From Hormiphora californensis (taxonomy: Eukaryota > Animalia > Ctenophora): a DNA stretch of 64,000 nucleotides. Position numbers and translations under genes: made by a program. The notes beneath the pieces were generated by a model that did not search any database, was not told the origin of the DNA, and saw only the letters and a list, made by a program, of their open reading frames with translations. Every line of letters starts with the position of its first letter. The stretch's first letter is position 1. This document shows positions 55,401-64,000 of this stretch, piece by piece. The stretch spans positions 6,200,001 through 6,264,000 of the forward strand of contig CM035359.1 in NCBI GenBank assembly GCA_020137815.1, read 5' to 3'.

Positions 55401-58400
55401 ACACATACTGGATAGTTTCCATTCAGTCGCTTCCAGGCAATACCTACCTTTCTGTGAAGTGAGAGAGGACTTGACATTGACAACAGCGGTTTTGCCCTTC
55501 GCCCTTCGAATATTTAACGACTATTAATTAGGATTAGGCGTTTAATTTTCGAAGTACAAAGTTTGTGTGAGGGCGACCCCGCGTCAAAGAAATCTGTCTA
55601 CAAATTGTAGACAGATTTCTTTGACGCGGGGTCGCCCTCACGTCAGCACTCTAGAATATCAATTAATATGTCGTGATTACTGTTTAATAGCCCAACTGGT
55701 CATTCCGAAAAATCAGATACAAACACATTAATGTGCTGCACTGTATATGAGTTACTCCAACCCTCCAGTTTCAATGCTTGTTTAACGAAGGAAGTAACCA
55801 AGCGATCCACTGGATTCGATATATCTAGGCGCATATCATATTCCCACAGTACTGATGTATTAGCACTATCTTTATATCGGATATCTCGAACAGCAACAAT
55901 CCTTGTGTTTAAACAGGGTTCTTGCTTTCTAACCAGTTAGGCGTATTAAACAGGGCACATGTTATCTGCAGCGCTCACATATCATGATAATGAACTACAT
56001 TAACCGTAGTATTATGCACTATGCTGCAGGGACATCACACACACACATCACCCACACACATGATATTGATCAAGCCTGAACAACAGGTTATTGAATCAAT
56101 CGACCGTTCAACGGTACGAGGTGCCATCACTGATTTCGTGCAGTTGATCCGAGGATCACGAATTCAATTAATATGTCGTGATTACTGTTTAATAGCCCAA
56201 CTGGTCATTCCGAAAAATCAGATACAAACACATTAATGTGCTGCACTGTATATGAGTTACTCCAACCCTCCAGTTTCAATGCTTGTTTAACGAAGGAAGT
56301 AACCAAGCGATCCACTGGATTCGATATATCTAGGCGCATATCATATTCCCACAGTACTGATGTATTAGCACTATCTTTATATCGGATATCTTAATACACC
56401 TAACTGGTTAGAAAGCAAGAACCCTGTTTAAACACAAGGATTGTTGCTGTTCGAGATATCCGATATAAAGATAGTGCTAATACATCAGTACTGTGGGAAT
56501 ATGATATGCGCCTAGATATATCGAATCCAGTGGATCGCTTGGTTACTTCCTTCGTTAAACAAGCATTGAAACTGGAGGGTTGGAGTAACTCATATACAGT
56601 GCAGCACATTAATGTGTTTGTATCTGATTTTTCGGAATGACCAGTTGGGCTATTAAACAGTAATCACGACATATTAATTGAATTCGTGATCCTCGGATCA
56701 ACTGCACGAAATCAGTGATGGCACCTCGTACCGTTGAACGGTCGATTGATTCAATAACCTGTTGTTCAGGCTTGATCAATATCATGTGTGTGGGTGATGT
56801 GTGTGTGTGATGTCCCTGCAGCATAGTGCATAATACTACGGTTAATGTAGTTCATTATCACTCTAGAATATATGCAGATTTGTTGGGATAAAGCTATTTG
56901 CTACTTAGAGGTGGGACAATTGACGCATACCGATTTCTAGGAATCCTGCTAAAAGGACCCACCCTTTCTAGAACCTTTGAAATATGGTGAGAATATTGCA
57001 TAATGTCTTCATTTGATCATGTGAAATCATTTCAACCCTTTCACCAACATAAAACTCCCCATGATGATATAAAGGTTAAAGTGCTCCTTCATAAAACAAG
57101 TCATACCTGTAGTTCATCCATGAGTCCTAGAGAGATAAGATAGACTCCCATAAGGAAATCAGCACTGGCTAAATTCACGATCATCTGTTTGTTAACTAGA
57201 GATACGGATGTCAATTTTGTTCCACCATTTATTGCACGTAACTAGGGGGAGAAGAAATTGGTATACAAGCTGTGGATTGATGGTCGACATGGACATGGTA
57301 TAATTGATGATTGAGCCATGGCTAGCCAGTCATGTAGCAAGAAATAAAGTGGTCATGTAGCAATCATATGTGTTTTTTAATCCAACTCCGACGCTCTTGA
57401 TTATATTCCTCTTTTTTTTCTCGCTCTCTCCTTCTAACTAAAACTAAAAGATATCTTTTAATAATATTGCTACATGGCCACTTTATTTCTTGCTACATGA
57501 CTGGCTAGCCATGGCTCAATCGATAAATGGATTAAATAATGCATTACTTTTCGATCACTCACCCCTTGATGAAGAGAAATCTATTTAATATTAAATAGAT
57601 TTCTCTTCATCAAGGGGTGAGTGATCGAAAAGTAATGCATTATTTAATCCATTTATCGAGTTACTCTATGTCGAGACTCGAGACTCGAGTGACACTAAAT
57701 CTCTCTTTAATTGGCACGTTACCATGTCCTTACCGAGAAAAAGATGACAAGAACATTTCCAAACAAGCTGGCGAGGCCCATAATCCAGATGAGACCTCGC
57801 AGAATGGGGTTTGCTACAATATGCTCGTCATCAGAAAGAACATCAAGATTGCATTGTTGACACTCATCAGAGTTATCATAGCAGTTCCTGTGACCATCAC
57901 ACACTAATCGTCTACTTATCTGAGGGGGAGGTGGAATGTGTTATGTCAATATGGTGTGCCACGTGATATTAATGACCAAATATGGTGTGCCACGTGATAC
58001 TGATGCCCAAATAATGTCGAATTTTTTATTTAAGCGACAGGCCGCCGCGCACTCAATTAGTTAATTGGTCATATCTCCGGTTCCTGATAAGATAAAGACT
58101 TGATCCTGGTTGCGTTGGAAAGATAAAATTTTTATCTTTCCAATGGCACCAAGAAAAAGTCGCTAGCTTATCAGGAACCGGAAATCGATTTCAAGCGCTG
58201 CATTTTGATGCGCGGTGGCCTGTCGCTTAAATAAAAAATTCGACTTTATGGTGTGCCACGTGATATTAATGACCAAATATGGTATATATTTACATGATAT
58301 GGTGAGCCGTTGTTACAGTAAAAGTACTTTGAACAATCTCTCTCGTCTTCATTATTTGGACAGTCTTGTTTCCCATCGCATACCACACCGGGACTTAGGC

Positions 58401-58438
58401 AGCTCACGTTGGCACTCTCGTAACAATCAAATCCTACC
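52475..58438 (-). CDS. Multi-exon LDLa-repeat rhodopsin-class GPCR; 5' end not located
   Basis: Exons: CDGKQDCPNNEDERDC (58438-58296); CDGHRNCYDNSDEC...GLIWIMGLASLFGNVLV (57919-57723); NLASADFLMGVYL (57242-57107); WKLSSMCQLLGVLS (55440-55285); 54981-54871; 54656-54498; YYSKHGVCLPK (53457-53307); KIARLIVADFCCW (53155-53055); LLPINSSLNPLLYS (52918-52709); terminal exon to about 52475. Confidence 0.85.
53583..54506 (-). repeat. 36-bp minisatellite whose unit reads GT...AG (about 25 copies)
   Basis: Minus-strand unit GTAACCATGGTAACCAGTGTTTGTATTCCCTCCCAG fills most of GPCR intron 53458-54497. Confidence 0.95.
55567..55641. repeat. Perfect palindrome (37-bp arms, 1-nt spacer)
   Basis: GTGAGGGCGACCCCGCGTCAAAGAAATCTGTCTACAA-A-reverse complement. 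Confidence 0.9.
55647..56871. mobile_element. Insertion of a 505-bp tandem repeat with an inverted segment, bounded by a 13-bp direct repeat
   Basis: Unit starts at 55661 and 56166 (period 505). 56391-56860 is the reverse complement of the unit. CACTCTAGAATAT occurs at 55647-55659 and 56859-56871. Confidence 0.75.
57308..57521. mobile_element. MITE-like inverted repeat element
   Basis: About 55-bp TIRs GATTGAGCCATGGCTAGCCAGTCATGTAGC... Confidence 0.65.
57520..57659. repeat. Perfect 140-bp spacerless palindrome
   Basis: Centred on TTTAAT|ATTAAA; arms match exactly. Confidence 0.9.
58016..58245. mobile_element. MITE-like inverted repeat element
   Basis: TIR GTCGAATTTTTTATTTAAGCGACAGGCC and its complement; internal inverted repeats. 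Confidence 0.65.
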
Positions 58439-59234
58439 CTGGAAATAATGTAATGGCAATAGATGAGAAATTCAAAACAGATATATCCGCAATCCAGTTG
58501 TATCACTCTATTTTGTTTGTTTGTGTTCTGTCCCATTGGTTGTAAGCAACCAACCATAGGCAAAGAAGGGTTATAAGGGTCAGCACACACCTACACCAAA
58601 ATCAAAATTAAAAATTCTCACAGTAACAATCTTGCACACTATTTTGACGGTCGCGTTGGATGACAAAATTATTTTGTCAAAGAAAGAATTGTTGAGTTGC
58701 GTTGGGATTTATTTCCTGTTTTATTTCTACATTGTTCTGCCGGATGAGGGAAAACAGTTGAGTCGCCTGACACAGTGTCTGCGCTCCGAATAGAATAAAA
58801 ATAAAGTATGAAAAATTGAAGAAAACAGAGGCTTCACGATGGACTGTTTGGGCTGTACCAACCTAAAAACGGGGGTCATTATACCCAGCTGCTATATAAA
58901 GTTCTTGTGTCGCCACGTTCGATATATGAGTCTCAAATAGGTTGATGCAGGCGAGATAAAATCGAGTCTCACTTGACTTTAACACAAAAGATTGCTACTC
59001 CTCCGTTGCAGTCATGTGATAAAAAAAGGTCAAACTGTCAGAGCTCCTTTTAAAAGATACCATTGTTGAAGATCGTCAATCATCTACTTGTTGAACAATA
59101 ATAATATCTATGATTCGAGTTTGATTTTAACTTGCGACCCACGTTATAAATATATGCATCATATGCACCATATATATGCATCCTGAGCTCTGTGCCTCAC
59201 CAGCCCACTGTTCCATTCCTGAAGGAGAGAAGAC

Positions 59235-62200
59235 ATGGCGCTGCTAGTTATTCTCGTCTACGCAATCACAGCTGTGTCTTCTTGGAAAGACCCCCCTGAA
59301 GCTGAGTGGCATGGGCAGACTTCTCCAGGGAATACATCAAGTGGGGAAACTGGTCAATTATTCCCACCACGGCCAGTCCCACCTGTCATGCCGCCCACTG
59401 ATTGGGTATCTCATTCCCTGCCCAGATCTAGCACAACTAGTTTATCGTTTAATGGAGTGTTGGAATTATTAACAGGGCCCTGCCCCATCAAGGAAGATAG
59501 AGGTTTCCTTAAGAGGGTCTGCGAATCTTCGGATTTTGAAAGTATACTACAGTGTTACAATTCGGATGCACGTTACAAGGTATGCGTGGTTTTGAAAAGT
59601 GCCTAAAACGCGACATCAATTTACAATATACAACCCTCATATTTCTTTGTTAATTGTCATATTTCTCTGTTTGTCATATTTCTCTGTTTGTCTAGGTTTT
59701 CCATCGGTTTTATCCTGGACTATTCGGCGGATATACCATGGTGAATAGACTCTGCCCAAACGATACCCATCTTTATCAGGTATTACAGTCGGACCCCGAT
59801 TTAGTAGCCCCCGATTTAGTGGTAACCCGATTTAGTTGCAGGATTTTTTTCCCCCGATATAGGAAATTAACAATATTTGACCACGATTTAGTGGCACTCC
59901 GATTTAGTGGTAGGATTTTTCCCCCCGAGGATGCCACTAAATCGGGGTCAGACCGTATAACTTTAAAATTTACAGATCGAATTGCGCTATAGGTTTTAAA
60001 AGGCTGCACAACTCGCTGCTTATCTAACCGCTAATCCCTAGCCAAAATATATTTACCATCCAGAGTTAATTAATATTTAATTAATAATTAATTATTCCAG
60101 GCGTGTGTGACACCTATACATGGCTCTCATCGCGGCAAGATGGACAAGATCCGGGACTCCTTCCCACAGTGTGGTAAATGGTGCAATGTTTATGACAAGG
60201 CTTCTGCGGTGAAGTACCGCCCAATGGAAGACCCTGATAATTCTTGTGGTCCAGAATTAGGAACCGATCGAGATGACGTTAGAGAGGTGGTCACAGTTAG
60301 TTCAGTGTACAGATACAGAGCAGAGCACATCTGTAACGGTGTATGTGACTCACTGATTGCTTATAACTCCTTGATTATCATGGGTTGCTATGATGAGAGG
60401 TTTTGTAACTGGGCTTACATACGGACTAGTATCCAACGATATTGGACTAAGTGGTTTAATATTTCCTTTCGATTTTTCTCATATAGAGTCGATCTTCGAT
60501 GGTAAAAACAACCCAAAAAACATGTCATATTTTGAGGATAATTGTGAGTATTTCGCCAGAGGTTATAGTGCTAGATTTTCCTTATACAATGGGTCGCGCT
60601 GCTTTCCCTTTCAAAAGGGGCTGCTTACTGAAACAGTGACCGAAAGTCATCCGTACTGTGATAATGGCCATGATCAAACAAACTGCAGTGATCCGTTGAG
60701 AGTCGCTGGAACATGTCTAGTTAGTGGGCACCCCACCACTATCTCCACATATTTTCTGTGTAAGGTTGAGGTTGATGCACATGTTATTTGTGATGATGGT
60801 CTCGATTCCCAGTGTCTCGAATTTGGGCCATTTTGTAAACTCCACAAGCACTTTGTTTGTGATGGGGTTGATGATTGCTCACTCGGGGAAGATGAACGGG
60901 ACTGCATGGTATCTGACAGGAAATGTATCAGAAGGTTTAATTTTCACCGAGGACTAATGGGGGTTCCATATCGATGGATTCTGGACGGTTACTCTGATTG
61001 TCAGAATGGCGCAGACGAAATAAAATTGAACTGGGCAGTGTGTGGGGGTGGGGTAACGATAAGGTATCGTGATCACAAGGACAACTGTAGTGAGGTTTGG
61101 TGGTGTGACGAACGGAGGGAGGGATATACTGAGTTGGCAGAAGTTTGTGATACGATAGATAGTTGTGGTAATGAGGCGGTCATGTGTCGGCAGGCAAGCA
61201 ATGTGGTTGAAGTTAAGTTTAACTTGTTTGATCTAGATCCAATTGGGTTTACAAAAGTTTCTCCATTTTGTTTACCAGGACTCGAAAACTTTGCTATTAG
61301 CAATGGAGTACAATGTACTAGCGTAGCGTTCAAAACTTTGAGCGGTAATTTCTTCGGTAAGACGAAAGGTTTGGCACTGATTTTAGATACAACAGAGAAG
61401 GACTGTAGTTTTTATTTTGGTGAGCAGTATGTGCTATTGGCGTGTAGTGGCTTGTGTACTAATGCTGAGTGCCCCCTGACTGCTCGACCAGTGCTGCACA
61501 ACTCTTGCTCTAACATTCAGAAGCGAGTTCTATCTCTGTCCGATTCTGGAACTCTGACCCTCGTGGCGTCAACAAAGAATTACTATCATAACGACTTCTT
61601 TGTTTGCCAAAATGTAAAGTGTATCTCCTACTCTGCGGTATGTGATACAATAGATGATTGTGGTGATGCGTCAGACGAGAGAAATTGCTCCAACAACTTC
61701 CGGTGTGGCGCCAGGTTTTTAGTTCTCAGCCAAGTTTGTGATGGAACATTTGACTGTCAAGATTTGTCCGATGAGTGTAACGGTAGGTGCTCTAGAAAGC
61801 TAATAAAAAACACGGGCCTCACAATTATTGCAGGAGTTTATGGTAGCACAGGATTGGGCCTGAATCTTTATGTGCTGATTAAGGACCTCTTTTTCACCAA
61901 ACCAGCCAAAAGCCAGGGAGTGTTTGTGCAGCGGTCATTTGCAAGGTTCATCACCTTGGGAGACATGTTCACAAACATGTATCTGTTGTCCATGTTTGTT
62001 GTACACCTGATTTATGGCTCGGAGTATTGCAAAAAGCAGTTACAGTGGCTAACGAGCATTCCTTGTGCATTGTTCGGAGTAGTTACGGCAACTGGAAGTG
62101 GAATATCTTCTCTCTCGATGGCATTTTTAAGTTGCTTTCGGCTCCGTGGAACCTTTCGTGCGCTGGAATTCCAGAGGGCAGTTGAAGTTAGCATTGGATT

Positions 62201-63119
62201 TAAAAGAAAGATATACTCTATCCAGTGTGGGATTGTGCTCTTGTCAGGATTGATTGCCTCCATCCCACTTATTCCGTCCCTTGAGAATATGTTTGTGAAT
62301 GGGTTCGTTTACCCTGTTAACATTAATCTCTTCACTGGGATAGTAGACAAAGTGAAACACTCGGCCATTATCCAGGGGTATATGGGCAAAGAAACCAACA
62401 CTAGATCGTCCAGCCGTGGGACGCTGAGCTGGGAAGTCATCAGACGGGCAGTTAGGGCCATGTTTACCAATGATGAAACGGAAAAGGGGGTCCAGGGGGC
62501 AAAGCAGTCATTTTACGGTAATGATGCCTCGTGTATCTTCAAGTACTTTGTTCTTTGGAGTGAGCCGCAAGCAGGGTTCGTATGGGGTTTGGGTCTTGTC
62601 ATACACTGCCTGTGTTTCCTTGTCGTGGTAGTCTGTCACATTGGTATAGTTATCCTCACCAGCAGGGACAGTGATGTACCGTCAGTGGATGCTTCCAGTC
62701 GGAATCGACACCTCCAGGGTAAAATTACATCGATAATCCTCACGGATTTCTGTTGCTGGGTCCCCTTTTTGGTGTGTTGTGTGCTTCACACGGCCGAGGT
62801 GGTAGACATGACAGAATGGTACTCGACATTTTCCATTGCAATTCTGCCCCTCAACTCTGTACTGAATCCCATACTGTACACAGATCTATACAAAAAGTTT
62901 GCGGAGTGGGCTTGTGCTATGGGCCATCTGGTAACAACAGCATTTGAAAAGTTTGCTGAACTGCCCATATTAGTAAGCCGTAAAACGGGGAATACGGAAG
63001 ATAGAAGTGCTGATGGAAAAAGCGAAGAAAATCAAATTGGAGAGGGAGAACAAGAAAACCGGATTACTATTGCTCAACCAACCAGAGTTGAGCTGTCTGG
63101 CGCCGCCGACCCGATCTGA
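59235..63119 (+). CDS. LDLa-repeat rhodopsin-class GPCR, 3 exons, with a +1 frameshift near 60410
   Basis: Exons 59235-59579 (signal peptide MALLVILVYAITAVSS), 59696-59779 and 60101-63119. LDLa motifs (CDTIDDCGDASDERNC) and 7TM (TDFCCWVP, LPLNSVLNPILY). Clearly paralogous to the 41-46 kb receptor. Deleting the T at 60410 restores CNGLTYG (paralogue has CDGYNYG). Confidence 0.88.
59786..59955. mobile_element. Tc1/mariner-type MITE (family B)
   Basis: Same family as 9654-9825, TA-flanked, starting a few nt inside intron 2 of the + strand GPCR. Confidence 0.85.
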
Positions 63120-63548
63120 GCGCACTGCATCAATTGAGAATCAAATTGGGGTATGGGCGCCGCCATACAGGAGTTGAGTGATCCAAGAAGGTGAAGACAA
63201 AAAATAATTAAATAATTAATTAATATTAATTAAGCCTAATTAATATTAATTAAGGCTGATCTTGAGTAACAGAAGGGTCGAGAAGAATGAGACCTTTTAA
63301 ACTGAGATGCTTTTATGAAACAAACTGTATCATTTGTAAAGATATAATATGATGATAGTGGAACAGTTAATAAGTTCTAAGTACCTACTTGTTTAATCAA
63401 ATATGTTGGGGCTGTTTTTGTTATATATATTCCAACTGTTAATTAATATCCTATTTGTTTGAAACCGTTTCTTGTAAGGACATGGTGGGGGCCTTGGTAC
63501 CATTGCCACCTATTCTCAACCATGCCAATTATTGTCAATCACACCATT

Positions 63549-64000
63549 TCATCGTGTCTCTCTACTACTTCCATCACAATTCTTCCCGCCGCAGGAAGCA
63601 GTTGGATTTGAACATTCCCGTTCTCGTTCCGTCACACTCTCCTCGGTCTCGAAATCACAGTTGCACGCCCACTCATCCCACTCAGTCCAGCCACCATGGA
63701 TGGTCTTACAACATTCATCGTCACAGGACATGGTCTCCACCCCCTCACCCGTACCACTACTGCAGCTCTCTCCTCCACAGGCAGGGCTCGGACTGGTGCA
63801 TGTCTTATTTCGGAGCTTTGTTCCGGTTCCCGTGGTATGATCACAGGAACAGTTACCCCATGGTAACCAACCACTCCATCCTCCATGGACAATTTTACAG
63901 CAGCTGCTTGAGCAGTCGGCATAACTAGCTGTGCTACCAGAGCAGCTTGCTCCCCCACAGGAGGGCGCTGGACTGGTGCAGGATCTTGCCTTTGGGCGGT
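63549..64000 (-). CDS. 3' end of a thrombospondin type-1 repeat protein
   Basis: Open frame from the window edge: RSCTSPAPSCGGASC...VHGGWSGWLPWGNCSC...RNKTCTSPSPACGGESC...IHGGWTEWDEWAC...RERECSNPTASCGGKNC...ETR*. These are WxxW/RxC TSP1 motifs. Confidence 0.88.
   Translation of the reverse strand, partial: RPKARSCTSPAPSCGGASCSGSTASYADCSSSCCKIVHGGWSGWLPWGNCSCDHTTGTGTKLRNKTCTSPSPACGGESCSSGTGEGVETMSCDDECCKTIHGGWTEWDEWACNCDFETEESVTERERECSNPTASCGGKNCDGSSRETR

Noticed and set aside
55731-56824. Duplicated 69-aa and 71-aa ORFs as small genes
   Set aside because: They are translations of the 505-bp repeat and have no recognisable domain.

Overview
Eukaryotic, intron-rich animal DNA, probably from a ctenophore (Pleurobrachia-like). 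That assignment is inferred from the LDLa-7TM receptors and from recalled repeat families, not from a search. Most ORFs in the track are spurious, so I assembled genes by hand from GT-AG exons. In order: (1) TMEM87 (+, 1208-7202). (2) A multi-exon type I membrane protein (-, 15636-8784) with signal peptide, PGRP, sushi, PGRP, kringle, LamG, Thr/Pro stalk, TM and a neurexin-like tail; this is the top finding. (3) A gene-poor, repeat-rich stretch at 16-31 kb. (4) An ankyrin-repeat gene (-) that probably hosts a same-strand LDLa-GPCR in an intron. (5) Three LDLa-rhodopsin GPCRs: one intronless and split by a hAT element, one intron-rich, one with a 1-nt frameshift. (6) The 3' end of a TSP1-repeat gene. 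There are many MITEs, a LINE fragment, a tRNA-derived SINE, and tandem duplications centred on splice sites in three genes. Several segments (1-240, parts of 18-22.6 kb, 26.1-27.5 kb) look like homopolymer-inflated, low-quality consensus.
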